From Casimicrobiaceae bacterium (GTDB lineage Bacteria > Pseudomonadota > Gammaproteobacteria > Burkholderiales > Casimicrobiaceae), in contig JBGAMF010000007.1 of the NCBI GenBank assembly GCA_044223185.1, positions 686-64,685 of the forward strand: a stretch of DNA of 64,000 bases. The letters are read 5' to 3'. Each line of letters opens with the position of its first letter. The stretch's first letter is position 1. This document shows positions 33,684 through 44,298 of this stretch, one piece after another. A program made the position numbers and the translations under genes. The notes beneath the pieces were generated by a model that saw only the letters and a program-made list of their open reading frames with translations, did no database searches and was not told the origin of the DNA.

Positions 33684-34835
33684 ATGGTTCGCCGGTTCTG
33701 GCTGCTCTTCGCGCAGGCGTGCACGCTGTGCCTCGCCGCGCTTTTCGTCGTCGTCACGCTGCGGCCGGACCTCCTCCCGCGCGGCAGCGGGCGTACGGGC
33801 GCCGTCGTCGTCACCCAGGAAACCGCAACGCCGGTGACGGCCACCCGCGTGGCGAGCTACGCCGACGCCGCGAAGAAGGCCATGCCGGCGGTCGTGAACC
33901 TCTACACGAGCAAGGAAGTGCGCGCGCGGAACCCGCTCGCCGAGGATCCGCTCTTCCGCCGCTACTTCCCGGAACTCGACCGCGGCACCGGCCGCCGCCA
34001 GACGAGCCTCGGATCGGGCGTCATCGTCTCGCCGGAAGGCTACGTGCTGACCAACCACCACGTGATCGAGGGCGCCGACGACATCCAGCTCGTGCTCGCG
34101 GACGGTCGCCGGATCTCCGCGCGGGTCCGCGGCACCGACCCGGAGTCCGACCTCGCGGTGCTGAAGGCCGACGCCGAAGGGCTGCCGGCGATGACGTTCG
34201 CGAGCGCCGACAACCTGCAGGTCGGCGACGTCGTGCTGGCGATCGGCAACCCGTTCGGCCTCGGCAATACCGTCACCTTCGGCATCGTCAGCGCGATGGG
34301 CCGCAACTACCTGGGCGTCAACCGCTTCGAGGACTTCATCCAGACCGACGCGGCGATCAACCCGGGCAACTCCGGCGGCGCGCTGGTCGACACGGCCGGC
34401 AACCTCGTCGGCATCAACAGCACGATCTACTCGCAGTCGGGCGGCTCGCTGGGCATCGCGTTCTCGATCCCGGTGTCGCTCGCGCGCAGCGTGTTCGAGC
34501 AGATCGTCCGCGACGGCGAGGTGACGCGCGGCTGGCTGGGCATCGTTCCGGCGCCGGTCACCGCCGAGGCGGCGAAGGCGCTGGCGCTCGCGCGCGCCGA
34601 GGGTGTGGTCATCCGCGAAATGGAGCAGGGAGGCCCGGCGGCCCGCGCCGGCATGCAGGTGTTCGACGTCGTCGTGGAGATCGCCGGCAAGCCGACGCGC
34701 AACGTGCCGCAGCTGCTCGCGCGCATCGCCGAACTGCCGCCCGGCTCCGTCGCCAGGGTGCACGTCGTGCGCGGGGGCAAGGAAGCGCAGGTCGACGTCA
34801 CCGTCGGCAAGCGGCCGCCGCCCGAGCGGCAGTGA
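33684..34835 (+). CDS. HtrA/DegS-like periplasmic serine protease with one PDZ domain
   Basis: TNHHV, DLAVLK, INPGNSGG triad motifs; N-terminal TM; TATACT 7 nt before ATG suggests a leaderless mRNA. Confidence 0.93.
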   Translation: MVRRFWLLFAQACTLCLAALFVVVTLRPDLLPRGSGRTGAVVVTQETATPVTATRVASYADAAKKAMPAVVNLYTSKEVRARNPLAEDPLFRRYFPELDRGTGRRQTSLGSGVIVSPEGYVLTNHHVIEGADDIQLVLADGRRISARVRGTDPESDLAVLKADAEGLPAMTFASADNLQVGDVVLAIGNPFGLGNTVTFGIVSAMGRNYLGVNRFEDFIQTDAAINPGNSGGALVDTAGNLVGINSTIYSQSGGSLGIAFSIPVSLARSVFEQIVRDGEVTRGWLGIVPAPVTAEAAKALALARAEGVVIREMEQGGPAARAGMQVFDVVVEIAGKPTRNVPQLLARIAELPPGSVARVHVVRGGKEAQVDVTVGKRPPPERQ

Positions 34836-34863
34836 ACCGCCCCGCGCGGGCGCGCGCGGACCG

Positions 34864-35634
34864 CTAGTTCGCCGCCGCCTCTTCCGCTTCCCCGTCCTTC
34901 TTCGGGACGGACACGAACCGCGCGAGGAACAGCCCCAGCTCGTAGAGGAGCCACAGGGGCATCGCGAGCATGAACTGCGAGAGCACGTCGGGCGGCGTGA
35001 AGATCGCCGCGACCACGAAGGCGCCGACGATCACGTAGGAGCGGGCCGCCCGCAGCTTCTCGAGGCTGACCACGCGCATCCGGACGAGGACGATCACGAC
35101 GACCGGCGTCTCGAACGTGAGGCCGAACGCGAGGAACATCGTGAGGACGAACGACAGGTACTTGTCGATGTCCGTCATCATCTGCACGCCGGCGGGCGTG
35201 TAGCCGGCGAAGAAGCCGAACATCACCGGGAACACGAAGAAGTACGCGAACGCCATGCCGATCGCGAAGAACACGACGCTGGAGACGATGACCGGCAGCG
35301 CGAGCCGCTTCTCGTGCTGGTAGAGGCCCGGCGCGACGAACGCCCACGCCTGCCACAGCACGTACGGCAGCGCGATCAGGAACGCCGCCATCAGCGTGAC
35401 CTTGAGCGGGACGAGAAACGTGCCGGTGACGTCCGTCGCGATCATCGTCGCGCCCTGCGGCAGCGCCCGCAGCAGCGGCTGCGCCAGCAGCGCGTAGATG
35501 TCCTTCGCGAACGGGAACAGCGCGAACACCACGACGAGGATCGCGATGACCGAGTGCAGCAGCCGCGTGCGCAGCTCGACGAGGTGCGAGAGGAACGTCT
35601 CCTGCGCGGTGTTGTCGGGCGTGGGTTCCGTCAT
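34864..35634 (-). CDS. tatC: Tat translocase TatC
   Basis: HLVELRTRL, APGLYQHEK, FETPV, TPPDVLSQ. Confidence 0.96.
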   Translation of the reverse strand: MTEPTPDNTAQETFLSHLVELRTRLLHSVIAILVVVFALFPFAKDIYALLAQPLLRALPQGATMIATDVTGTFLVPLKVTLMAAFLIALPYVLWQAWAFVAPGLYQHEKRLALPVIVSSVVFFAIGMAFAYFFVFPVMFGFFAGYTPAGVQMMTDIDKYLSFVLTMFLAFGLTFETPVVVIVLVRMRVVSLEKLRAARSYVIVGAFVVAAIFTPPDVLSQFMLAMPLWLLYELGLFLARFVSVPKKDGEAEEAAAN

Positions 35635-35644
35635 CGCCGGCCGT

Positions 35645-36070
35645 TCAGATCCGGTCGAAGCCGGGCAGCGAGGGCTGCCGCGGCGGCTCGGCGGGCGTCG
35701 CGTCGGCGAGCTGCCCGCCCGGCTCGCCGGGGAGCGGCGCGGGCTCCGCGCCCGGCGCCGGCGCGGCCTCGGCCGCGCCGGCGTTGAGCTCGTTCTCGAC
35801 GCTGCGCACGCCCGTCTCGACGTCGCGGGCGGCGGTCTCGACGGACGACTTCAAGTCGTGCGCCGCGGTCTGCACCTCGCGCTGCAGCTTGCGCAGTTCC
35901 TCGAGCTCCATCTCGCGGCTGATGTCGGACTTCACGTCGTTGACGTACCGCTGCAGGCGGCCGAACAGGTGACCCATCGTGCGCGCCGCCTTCGGCAGCC
36001 TTTCGGGGCCGATGACGATCAGCGCGACGACGGCGATGACGACGAGCTCGGAGAAGCCGATGTCGAACAT
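35645..36070 (-). CDS. tatB: Tat translocase TatB
   Basis: MFDIGFSEL...GPERLP. Confidence 0.96.
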   Translation of the reverse strand: MFDIGFSELVVIAVVALIVIGPERLPKAARTMGHLFGRLQRYVNDVKSDISREMELEELRKLQREVQTAAHDLKSSVETAARDVETGVRSVENELNAGAAEAAPAPGAEPAPLPGEPGGQLADATPAEPPRQPSLPGFDRI

Positions 36071-36121
36071 GGGAAGGCGACGGGCGCGGCGGCGATGGCG
36101 CCCGGCGGCGCGGACGTCCGG

Positions 36122-36355
36122 TTACGACTTGGTCGTTTCCTTCTTCGCTTCCGCGTCGATCGTCTTGCCCGGGATCTGCTGCGCCGCCTGCGGCGCGTCG
36201 CCGCCCGCGGCGTCGTCGCTGGTCTTCATCCCTTCCTTGAATCCCTTGACCGCGCCGCCCAGGTCCTGGCCGATGTTGCGCAGCTTCTTGGTCCCGAAGA
36301 TGAGGACGACGACGACGAGGACGATCAGCCAGTGCCAGATGCTCAAGCCACCCAT
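36122..36355 (-). CDS. tatA: Tat translocase TatA
   Basis: SIWHWLIV...FGTKKL...GFKEGM. Confidence 0.96.
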   Translation of the reverse strand: MGGLSIWHWLIVLVVVVLIFGTKKLRNIGQDLGGAVKGFKEGMKTSDDAAGGDAPQAAQQIPGKTIDAEAKKETTKS

Positions 36356-36366
36356 GGTGTGCTCCT

Positions 36367-36735
36367 TCAGTGCTTGCCGCGCACGATCATCGGCCCCAAC
36401 GGCTCGGGACCGCCGATCACGTGCACGTGGACGTGCGGGACGTCCTGCCGCCCGACACGCCCGGTGTTGACGATCGTGCGGAAGCCGTCGCCCGCACCCT
36501 GCTCGCGCGCCAGGCGGCCGGCGAGCGTCATGATCTTGCCCATCGCCGGCGCGTCGGCGGCGGTCAGGTCGTACATCGACGCGACGTGCTTCTTCGGGAT
36601 CAGCATGAAGTGAACGGGCGCCACCGGCTGGATGTCGTGGAACGCGAGCACGTCCTCGTCCTCGTAGACCTTCCGGCCCGGGATCTCGCCGCGCACGATC
36701 TTGCAGAAGATGCAGTTCGGGTCCGTCGCCGCCAT
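36367..36735 (-). CDS. Histidine triad (HIT) nucleotide-binding protein
   Basis: [16 protein letters not shown]. Confidence 0.93.
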   Translation of the reverse strand: MAATDPNCIFCKIVRGEIPGRKVYEDEDVLAFHDIQPVAPVHFMLIPKKHVASMYDLTAADAPAMGKIMTLAGRLAREQGAGDGFRTIVNTGRVGRQDVPHVHVHVIGGPEPLGPMIVRGKH

Positions 36736-36874
36736 TTGCCGTTCGTCTCCGTACAGGTCGCGCACCGCGCCGTGGCGGAAGCCTCCGCCGGCGCCACGTC
36801 CGCGCAACCCCGCCATTGTAGCGTCCCCGGGGCTTCCCGCCCTGCGGGCGCCGCAGCCGGGCGGGCCGCGGGCG

Positions 36875-37216
36875 TCAGCGGCCGCGGGCCGCCTTCTCCG
36901 CGTGCCCGGACGTGCCCTCGCGCCGCACGAGCTCGGCCAGCACGTCCGCGGGCGAGAGCCCGTGGCGCGCCAGCAGCACGAGGCAGTGGAACCAGAGGTC
37001 GGCCACCTCCGCCGTGATGCGCACCGGGTCGCCGTCCTTGGCGGCCAGCACGGTCTCGGTCGCTTCCTCGCCGATCTTCTTGAGGATCGCGTCGTCGCCC
37101 TTCGCGAACAGCGACGCCACGTAGGACGTCGCGGGGTCCGCGCCGGCCCGCGCCGCGACCGTCGCCGCCACGCGGGCAAGCACGCCGTCGTCGTTCGCGC
37201 CGTCAGCCTTCGCCAT
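36875..37216 (-). CDS. hisE: Phosphoribosyl-ATP pyrophosphohydrolase
   Basis: [26 protein letters not shown]. Confidence 0.95.
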   Translation of the reverse strand: MAKADGANDDGVLARVAATVAARAGADPATSYVASLFAKGDDAILKKIGEEATETVLAAKDGDPVRITAEVADLWFHCLVLLARHGLSPADVLAELVRREGTSGHAEKAARGR

Positions 37217-37601
37217 AGATCGCCTTCGGGTCCTTGACCACCGGCTCGACGTCCCGCCACGCGCCGCCGTCGAGCCGGCGGAAGAAGCAGCGCTCGCGGC
37301 CGGTGTGGCAGGCGATGCCGCCGACCTGCTCGACCAGGAGCAGGATCGCGTCGTGGTCGCAGTCGAGGCGGACCTCGCGCACGCGCTGCACGTGGCCCGA
37401 CGACTCGCCCTTGCGCCACAGCTTGCCGCGCGAGCGCGACCAGTAGTGCGCCTCACCGGTGTCGGCGGTCGCCTTCAGCGCGTCGCGGTTCATCCACGCG
37501 AGCGTCAGCACCGCCCGCGACGTCGCGTCCTGCGCGATGGCCGGGACGAGCCCGTCCGCGTTCCAGCGGACGTCGTCGAGCCAGTCGGTGCCGGATGTCA
37601 C
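37203..37601 (-). CDS. hisI: Phosphoribosyl-AMP cyclohydrolase
   Basis: YWSRSR..LW.KGESSGH, DCD.D, ACHTG...CF. Confidence 0.95.
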   Translation of the reverse strand: MTSGTDWLDDVRWNADGLVPAIAQDATSRAVLTLAWMNRDALKATADTGEAHYWSRSRGKLWRKGESSGHVQRVREVRLDCDHDAILLLVEQVGGIACHTGRERCFFRRLDGGAWRDVEPVVKDPKAIYGEG

Positions 37602-37668
37602 AGGAGACGCAGAGGCGCAGAGAAGACCGGGCTCATGCCGTTCCCGGCGCCTCTGCGCCTCTTTGTGA
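37598..37668. repeat. REP-like palindrome A (TCAC..AG.CGCAGAG.CGC / GCG.CTCTGCG.CT..GTGA) between hisF and hisI
   Basis: Imperfect inverted arms 37598-37618 and 37647-37668; same family as 38458-38574. Confidence 0.8.
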
Positions 37669-37682
37669 AAGGAATTTCCGCG

Positions 37683-38444
37683 TCACGCCCGTACCTCGAT
37701 GCCCGCCGCGGCCATCGCGGCCTTCGCCTGCCCGATCGTGTACTCGCCGTAGTGGAAGATCGACGCGGCGAGCACCGCGTCGGCGCCGCCGACGCGGATG
37801 CCGTCGACGAGGTCGGCGAGGCTGCCCACGCCGCCCGACGCGATCACCGGGACGTCGACGGCGTCGACGACCGCCCGGGTCAGGCGGAGGTCGAAGCCGG
37901 TGCGCGCGCCGTCGCGGTCCATGCTCGTCAGCAGGATCTCGCCGGCGCCCTGCGCGACCACCTCCTCCGCCCACTCCACGGCGTCGATGCCGGTGGGCGT
38001 CCGGCCGCCGTGGACGTAGACCTGCCACGCGTCGACCGCGTACTTCTTGGCGTCGATCGCGGCGACGATGCACTGCGCGCCGTAGCGCGCCGCCGCCTCG
38101 GCGAAGAGCTCCGGCCGGTCGACGCCGGCCGTGTTGATGCTGACCTTGTCAGCGCCGGCGTTGAGCAGCGCGCGGATGTCGTCGACGCTGTTGACGCCGC
38201 CGCCGACGGTGAGCGGGATGAACACCTGCGACGCGACGGCCTCGATCATGTCGTAGAGCAGCCCGCGCTTCTCGACGCTCGCGCGGATGTCGAGGAACGC
38301 GAGCTCGTCGGCACCCTGCTCGTCGTACCGGCGCGCGACCTCGACCGGGTCACCGGCGTCGCGCAGGTTGACGAAGTTGACGCCCTTGACGACGCGGCCG
38401 TCGGCGACGTCGAGGCAGGGGATGATGCGCTTGGCGAGGCCCAT
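37683..38444 (-). CDS. hisF: Imidazole glycerol phosphate synthase subunit HisF
   Basis: [29 protein letters not shown]. Confidence 0.97.
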   Translation of the reverse strand: MGLAKRIIPCLDVADGRVVKGVNFVNLRDAGDPVEVARRYDEQGADELAFLDIRASVEKRGLLYDMIEAVASQVFIPLTVGGGVNSVDDIRALLNAGADKVSINTAGVDRPELFAEAAARYGAQCIVAAIDAKKYAVDAWQVYVHGGRTPTGIDAVEWAEEVVAQGAGEILLTSMDRDGARTGFDLRLTRAVVDAVDVPVIASGGVGSLADLVDGIRVGGADAVLAASIFHYGEYTIGQAKAAMAAAGIEVRA

Positions 38445-38457
38445 TGGACGGATGTTT

Positions 38458-38574
38458 TCACAGGAGGCGCAGAGACGCAGAGAAATTCCTCCGGCCGCAT
38501 CAGGCAACGGGAAGCCGCACGGTTCGGCGCCTGCCCCGAAACGCCTTTCTCGGCGTCTCTGCGTCTCTTCGTGA
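38458..38574. repeat. REP-like palindrome B between hisA and hisF
   Basis: Arms tcacaggaggcgcagagacgcagagaaa and tttctcggcgtctctgcgtctcttcgtga. Confidence 0.8.
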
Positions 38575-38596
38575 GAGGATTTCGCCGCGCGGCGCG

Positions 38597-39331
38597 TCAG
38601 CCGCCGGCGGCGGCCTTCAGCGCGTCCTTGAAGTTGAGCGTGCCTTCGTAGATCGCGCGGCCCGCGATCGCGCCGATGATGCCGTCGGCCTCGTGCTGCG
38701 CGAGCGCCCGCACGTCCGCGAGGGACGACAGGCCGCCCGAGGCGATGACCGGCACCTTGATCTCCCGCGCGAGCCGGACCGTCGCCTCGATGTTGATGCC
38801 GGTGAGCATGCCGTCGCGGCCGATGTCGGTATAGATGACGCCTTCGACGCCGTAGTCCTCGAACTTGCGCGCGAGGTCCACGACGTCGTGGCCGGTCATC
38901 TTCGACCAGCCGTCGGTCGCCACCTTGCCCTCGCGCGCGTCGAGTCCGACCAGGATGTGGCCGGGGAACGCCGAGCACGCGTCGTGCAGGAAACCGGGGT
39001 TCTTGACCGCCGCGGTGCCGATGACGACGTAGCTGATGCCGTCGTCGAGGTAGCGCTCGATCGTGTCGAGGTCGCGGATGCCGCCGCCCAGCTGGACCGG
39101 GATCTCCTCGCCGATCACGCTCACCACCTCGCGGATCGCGAGCTCGTTGCGCGGCTTGCCGGCGACGGCGCCGTTCAGGTCGACGAGGTGCAGCCGCTGC
39201 GCGCCCTGCTCGAGCCAGTGCTGCGCCATCGCAGCCGGGTCCTCCGAGAACACGGTGACCGACTGCATGTCGCCCTGCTTCAGGCGGACGCAGTGCCCGT
39301 CCTTGATGTCGATCGCGGGAATGATCTGCAT
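38597..39331 (-). CDS. hisA: ProFAR isomerase
   Basis: [31 protein letters not shown]. Confidence 0.97.
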   Translation of the reverse strand: MQIIPAIDIKDGHCVRLKQGDMQSVTVFSEDPAAMAQHWLEQGAQRLHLVDLNGAVAGKPRNELAIREVVSVIGEEIPVQLGGGIRDLDTIERYLDDGISYVVIGTAAVKNPGFLHDACSAFPGHILVGLDAREGKVATDGWSKMTGHDVVDLARKFEDYGVEGVIYTDIGRDGMLTGINIEATVRLAREIKVPVIASGGLSSLADVRALAQHEADGIIGAIAGRAIYEGTLNFKDALKAAAGG

Positions 39332-39390
39332 GGCGGGGCAGCAGTAGGGGCTGCGTGGGCGGGGCGACGGGGTGGTCGCGTGGGCAGGGA

Positions 39391-40038
39391 CTAGCCGGGA
39401 CGGCCGTCCCAGCTGACGAAATTGGCGAGGAGTGCCAGTCCAGCGCGCTGACTCTTTTCCGGGTGGAATTGGGTGGCGAAGATATTATCCCGCGCAATCG
39501 CGCAAGTAAACGGCGCCGGGTAGTCGGCGGTGCCCACGGTGACCGCGGGGTCGTCGGGCACCGGATGGTAGCTGTGGGCGAAATAGAAGCGGGCCCCGTC
39601 GTCGATCCCGCGCCAGAGCGGATGCGGCCGGACCTGGCGCACCCGGCTCCAGCCCATGTGCGGCACCTTGAGCCGCTCGCCGGCGGCCGAGATCATCACC
39701 TCGTCCCGGAAGCGCAGGACGCGCCCGGGGATCGTGCCGAGGCACTCGGTCGGGCCTTCTTCGCTGCGGTCGAAGAGCATCTGCAGGCCGAGGCAGATGC
39801 CGAGGAACGGCCGGTCGGCCATCGCCGCGCGCACGGCGTCGGCGAGCCCGCTCCCCAGCAGCCCCGCCATGCAGTCGGGCATCGCGCTCTGGCCGGGCAG
39901 CACGATCCGGTCGGCGGCGCGGATCGCCGCCGCGTCCGCGGACACGACGACGTCCCGGTCGGGCGCGACGTGCGCGAGCGCCTTGGCGACCGAGCGCAGG
40001 TTGCCCATGCCGTAGTCGACGACGACGATGCGCTTCAT
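39391..40038 (-). CDS. hisH: Imidazole glycerol phosphate synthase glutaminase subunit
   Basis: [23 protein letters not shown]. Confidence 0.97.
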   Translation of the reverse strand: MKRIVVVDYGMGNLRSVAKALAHVAPDRDVVVSADAAAIRAADRIVLPGQSAMPDCMAGLLGSGLADAVRAAMADRPFLGICLGLQMLFDRSEEGPTECLGTIPGRVLRFRDEVMISAAGERLKVPHMGWSRVRQVRPHPLWRGIDDGARFYFAHSYHPVPDDPAVTVGTADYPAPFTCAIARDNIFATQFHPEKSQRAGLALLANFVSWDGRPG

Positions 40039-40039
40039 C

Positions 40040-40134
40040 GGGGATCAGGCATCAGGTATCGGGAATCAGCAACTGCGCGCGGGCCGGGGGCCGGGTCGGG
40101 GTCTCTGATCCCTGATGCCTGACCTCTGATCCCC
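40040..40134. repeat. Heptad-periodic inverted repeat ((G/A)NATCAG)n ... (CTGATNC)n between hisB and hisH
   Basis: Left ggggatcaggcatcaggtatcgggaatcag, right ctgatccctgatgcctgacctctgatcccc; half-copy at about 5427-5456. Confidence 0.7.
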
Positions 40135-40155
40135 GGACCGCGGGCCGAGAATCGG

Positions 40156-40767
40156 CTAGAGAGCGCCCTTCGTCGAGGGAATCGCAGCCCCGGCCCGTGG
40201 GTCGAGCGCCACCGCCATCCGCAGCGCCCGCGCGAACGCCTTGAACACGGTCTCCGCCTGATGGTGCGCGTTGTCGCCGCGGAGGTTGTCGACGTGCAGC
40301 GTCAGCTGCGCGTGGTTGACGAAGCCCTGGAAGAACTCGCGCGTCAGGTCGACGTCGAACGCGCCGATCATCGCGCGCGTGAACGGCACGTGGAATTCGA
40401 GCCCCGGGCGTCCCGACAGGTCGACGACGACGCGCGACAGCGCCTCGTCCAGCGGGACGTAGGCGTGCCCGTAGCGCGCGATGCCCTTCTTGTCGCCAAC
40501 CGCGGCGCGCAACGCCTGGCCCAGCGTGATGCCGATGTCCTCGACCGTGTGGTGCGCGTCGATGTGCAGGTCGCCGGTGGCGCGGACCGCAAGGTCGACC
40601 ATGCCGTGCCGCGCGAGCTGGTCGAGCATGTGGTCGAGGAAAGGCACGCCGGTGGCGAGCTCGGCGCGGCCGGTGCCGTCGAGGTCGAGCACGACGGCGA
40701 TCCGCGTCTCGGCCGTGTTGCGCTCGATCCGGGCGGTGCGGGCGGGGACTTCGGCGGGGGCGTTCAT
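40156..40767 (-). CDS. hisB: Imidazoleglycerol-phosphate dehydratase
   Basis: [23 protein letters not shown]. Confidence 0.97.
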   Translation of the reverse strand: MNAPAEVPARTARIERNTAETRIAVVLDLDGTGRAELATGVPFLDHMLDQLARHGMVDLAVRATGDLHIDAHHTVEDIGITLGQALRAAVGDKKGIARYGHAYVPLDEALSRVVVDLSGRPGLEFHVPFTRAMIGAFDVDLTREFFQGFVNHAQLTLHVDNLRGDNAHHQAETVFKAFARALRMAVALDPRAGAAIPSTKGAL

Positions 40768-40794
40768 GCGCCGCTATCGTACTCCAGGACCCCG

Positions 40795-41907
40795 CTACGC
40801 GTAGCGGGCGAGCGCTTCGAGCAGCGCGTTGTTCTCGGCCGGCGTGCCGATCGTGATCCGCAGGCAGTTGGCGAGCAGCGGGTGCCAGCGCCCGACGTTC
40901 TTCACCAGGATGCCGGCGTCCTTCAGCGTCTCGAACCAGAGGTCGGCGTCGGGCACGCGGGCGAGGACGAAGTTCGCGTGCGACGGGAACACGGTCACGC
41001 CGCGCAGGCCGGCGAGCGCTGCCGCGACGCGCGCGCGCTCGCGGCGGATCGCCGCCGCCTGCTCCGCCAGCAGGTCGCCGTGCGCGAGCAGCACCGGCAC
41101 GACCGCCTGCGTCAGCGCGTTCACGTTGTACGGCGGGCGCACCTTGTCGAGCTCGGCGATCCACGCCGGGTGCGCCGCCGCGTACCCCAGGCGGACGCCC
41201 GCCATGCCGATCTTCGACACCGTGCGCACGACGACGAGGTTGGGGAACTCGAGCACGCGCGGCAGGAACGACGCGTCGGCGAACGCGTAGTACGCCTCGT
41301 CGACGGCGACCACGCCGGGAGCCGCGCGGACGATCCGCTCGATGTCGTCCGCCGCGAACAGCGTGCCGGTCGGGTTGTTCGGGTACGCGAGCCAGACGAG
41401 CGCGGGCCGCTCGCGCGCGATCGCCGCGAGCATCGCGTCGACGTCGAGCGTCAGGTCGGCGGCGAGCGGGACGCCGACGAAGCGCAGGTTGGCGAGCTCC
41501 GCGTTGGTCCGGTAGAGGACGAACGACGGGTCGGGCGCCAGCACGACGGCGCCGGGCTTCGCGACGACGGCGGTCAGCATCGTCAGCAGCTCGTCGGACC
41601 CGTTGCCGAGGATCAGCGCGACGCCGTCCGGCAGCGCGAGCGAGCGGCGCAGCGCCGCCTTCACCTCGTCCCCGGCGCCGTCCGGGTAGCGGTTGATGCG
41701 CACGTTGGCGACGGCCGCCGCGATGGCCGCGCGCGCCTCTCCGGTCAGCCCGTACGGATTCTCCATCGCGTCGAGCTTGATCATCCCGACCGCCTTGGCG
41801 ACCGGGTACGCGGACATGGCGCGGATCTTCGGCCGGATGGTCGCCTTGACGCGGGCGGCAACGTCGGCGTCGGCCGCGACCGGCCGTGGACTTCGCGGGT
41901 CGTTCAT
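40795..41907 (-). CDS. hisC: Histidinol-phosphate aminotransferase
   Basis: KLDAMENP, GNGSDE, YPNNPTG, DEAY, RTVSK. Confidence 0.95.
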   Translation of the reverse strand: MNDPRSPRPVAADADVAARVKATIRPKIRAMSAYPVAKAVGMIKLDAMENPYGLTGEARAAIAAAVANVRINRYPDGAGDEVKAALRRSLALPDGVALILGNGSDELLTMLTAVVAKPGAVVLAPDPSFVLYRTNAELANLRFVGVPLAADLTLDVDAMLAAIARERPALVWLAYPNNPTGTLFAADDIERIVRAAPGVVAVDEAYYAFADASFLPRVLEFPNLVVVRTVSKIGMAGVRLGYAAAHPAWIAELDKVRPPYNVNALTQAVVPVLLAHGDLLAEQAAAIRRERARVAAALAGLRGVTVFPSHANFVLARVPDADLWFETLKDAGILVKNVGRWHPLLANCLRITIGTPAENNALLEALARYA

Positions 41908-41914
41908 CGCCGGG

Positions 41915-42223
41915 TCACACGCTCTTCGTGTCGGCAAAGTAGATCACGGCGCCGCCGGTCGCGAAGTTCGCGAGGTCGTTGGCGGTGGCCTGGCCCTCGG
42001 GCGACGCCAGCGCCGCGTGCACGGCCGCCAGCGAGTCGAACGTCAGCGTGGCGATCAGGTGGTACGGCGCCCCGCCGTCGTACGAGTGGACCGGGCCGCT
42101 CGTCACCTCGTAGTGGCGCAGGCCCGGGATCCGCTTCGCGATCGGCACGTGCGTGCCGAAGTAGTAGCGGTCGAACGCCGCGACGTCCGCGGGGGTCTTG
42201 TACATCGCGATGACCTTCGCCAT
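41915..42223 (-). CDS. EthD family protein (dimeric alpha+beta barrel)
   Basis: FDRYYFGTHVPIA..IPGL, IATLTFDS, GQATANDLANFA. Confidence 0.85.
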   Translation of the reverse strand: MAKVIAMYKTPADVAAFDRYYFGTHVPIAKRIPGLRHYEVTSGPVHSYDGGAPYHLIATLTFDSLAAVHAALASPEGQATANDLANFATGGAVIYFADTKSV

Positions 42224-42233
42224 GCCGTCTCCT

Positions 42234-43544
42234 TCAGGTCTTCGTCACGCGCGCCTCGGCCGACCGCGCGTGCGCGGTCAGGCCCTCGCCGTGGGCGAGC
42301 GTCGCGGCCACCGGGCCCAGCGCCTGCGCCGCCGCGCGGGACAGCTTGAGCACGCTCGACCGCTTCTCGAAGTCGTAGACGCCGAGCGGCGACGAGAAGC
42401 GCGCGGTGCGGCCGGTGGGCAGCACGTGGTTCGGCCCCGCGCAGTAGTCGCCGAGCGACTCGGACGCGTAGTGGCCCATGAAGATCGCGCCGGCGTGGCG
42501 GATCAGCGGCAGCAGCGCGTCGGGATCGGCGACCGCGAGCTCCAGGTGCTCGGGCGCGATCCGGTTGACGACGGCGCACGCGTCGGCCAGGTCGCGCGTC
42601 GTCACCAGCGCGCCGCGGCGCGCGAGCGAGGCGGCGATGATCTGCGCGCGCGGCATGTCGGCGATGAGCCGGCGCGCGCTCGCCTCGACGCGGTCCGCAA
42701 GCGCGGCGTCGGGGGTGAGCAGGATCGCCTGCGCCATCTCGTCGTGCTCGGCCTGCGAGAAGAGGTCGAGCGCGACCCAGTCGGGGTTCGCGGTCGCGTC
42801 GGCGACGACGACGATCTCGGAGACGCCGGCCACCATGTCGATGCCGACGACGCCGAACACGCGGCGCTTGGCGGCGGCGACGTATGCGTTGCCGGGGCCG
42901 CAGATCTTGTCGACGGCGGGAATCGTGGCGGTGCCGTAGGCGAGCGCCGCGACTGCCTGCGCACCGCCGACGGTGAACGCGCGCGTGACGCCGGCCAGGT
43001 GCGCGGCCGCGAGCACCAGCGGGTTGCGCACGCCGTCGGGCGTGGGCACGACCATGACGATCTCCGCCACGCCGGCGACCTGCGCGGGGATCGCGTTCAT
43101 CAGCACCGACGACGGGTAGGCGGCCTTGCCGCCGGGCACGTAGATGCCGACGCGGTCGAGCGGCGTCACCCGCTGGCCGAGCTCGCTGCCGTCGGCCTCG
43201 GTGACGCGGAAGCCCTGGCCCTTCTGCCGCTCGTGGAAGGCGCGCACGCGCTCGGCCGCGCGCACCAGCGCGGCGCGCTGGTCGGCCGGCAGCCCGTCGA
43301 ACGCGGCGCGCATCGCGGCGGCCGGAATCTCCAGGGCGGCGGCTTCGGCCACCGCGAGCCGGTCGAAGCGCTGCGTGTACTCCAGCACCGCGGCGTCGCC
43401 GCGGGCGCGGACGTCGGCGACGATCGCCGCCACAGCGGCGTCGATCGCGGCGTCCTGCGCCGACTCGAACGCGACCAGCGCGCCGAGCGCGGCGTCGAAG
43501 CCCGGCGCCGCCGTGTCGAGGCGGCGCAGCGTGAGCGTCGCCAT
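42234..43544 (-). CDS. hisD: Histidinol dehydrogenase
   Basis: [41 protein letters not shown]. Confidence 0.97.
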   Translation of the reverse strand: MATLTLRRLDTAAPGFDAALGALVAFESAQDAAIDAAVAAIVADVRARGDAAVLEYTQRFDRLAVAEAAALEIPAAAMRAAFDGLPADQRAALVRAAERVRAFHERQKGQGFRVTEADGSELGQRVTPLDRVGIYVPGGKAAYPSSVLMNAIPAQVAGVAEIVMVVPTPDGVRNPLVLAAAHLAGVTRAFTVGGAQAVAALAYGTATIPAVDKICGPGNAYVAAAKRRVFGVVGIDMVAGVSEIVVVADATANPDWVALDLFSQAEHDEMAQAILLTPDAALADRVEASARRLIADMPRAQIIAASLARRGALVTTRDLADACAVVNRIAPEHLELAVADPDALLPLIRHAGAIFMGHYASESLGDYCAGPNHVLPTGRTARFSSPLGVYDFEKRSSVLKLSRAAAQALGPVAATLAHGEGLTAHARSAEARVTKT

Positions 43545-43546
43545 GG

Positions 43547-44200
43547 TCAGGCCGCCGCGGCGTGCGTCGCCGCCGCCAGCGCGTCGATCAGCGGCTGCAT
43601 CGCGGCGCGCTTCAGCTTGAGCGCGCCCGGGTGGACGACCAGCCGCGACGTGATCGGCACGATGTCCTCGACGGCCACGAGGTCGTTCGCCTTCAGCGTG
43701 TTGCCGGTCGACACGAGGTCGACGATCGCGTCGGCGAGGCCGACGAGCGGGGCCAGCTCCATCGAGCCGTACAGCTTGATGAGGTCGACGTGCATGCCCT
43801 TCGCCGCGAAGTGCTCGCGTGCGGTGCGCACGTACTTGGTCGCCACGCGAATCCGCGCGCCGCGCTGGACGGTGCCCGCCCAGTCGTACGAGCGCATCGT
43901 GGCGACGACCAGCCGGCAGCGGCCGATACCGAGGTCGAGCGGCTGGTAGAGCCCCTCGCCGCCGTGCTCGAGCAGCACGTCCTTGCCGGCCACCCCCGCG
44001 TCGGCGGCCCCGTATTGCACGTAGGTGGGCACGTCGGTCGGGCGCACGACGACGAAGGAGACGCCGGGCCGGTTGGTCGGCAGGATCAGCTTGCGCGACG
44101 TCTCGGGATCCTCGGCCGGCACGATGCCGGCCGCCGCGAACAGCGGCAGCGCTTCTTCGAGGATGCGGCCCTTGGACAGGGCGATCGTCAGCGACGACAC
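43547..44200 (-). CDS. hisG: ATP phosphoribosyltransferase, short form
   Basis: [31 protein letters not shown]; about 217 aa, no C-terminal regulatory domain; start uncertain. Confidence 0.95.
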   Translation of the reverse strand: MSSLTIALSKGRILEEALPLFAAAGIVPAEDPETSRKLILPTNRPGVSFVVVRPTDVPTYVQYGAADAGVAGKDVLLEHGGEGLYQPLDLGIGRCRLVVATMRSYDWAGTVQRGARIRVATKYVRTAREHFAAKGMHVDLIKLYGSMELAPLVGLADAIVDLVSTGNTLKANDLVAVEDIVPITSRLVVHPGALKLKRAAMQPLIDALAAATHAAAA

Positions 44201-44298
44201 GGCGGGCAGGTCACGAGGCAAAAGGCCATTCTAACCCAGCGATTTCGCGGCCCTGCCCCGCCCTGCAGCGGATCGCCCGCCGCGCCCGCGGCGCACGC

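Noticed and set aside
39332-39390. G-quadruplex-like G-tract cluster between hisH and hisA
   Set aside because: Several GGG/GGGG runs are present but plausible by chance at this GC level; no supporting evidence
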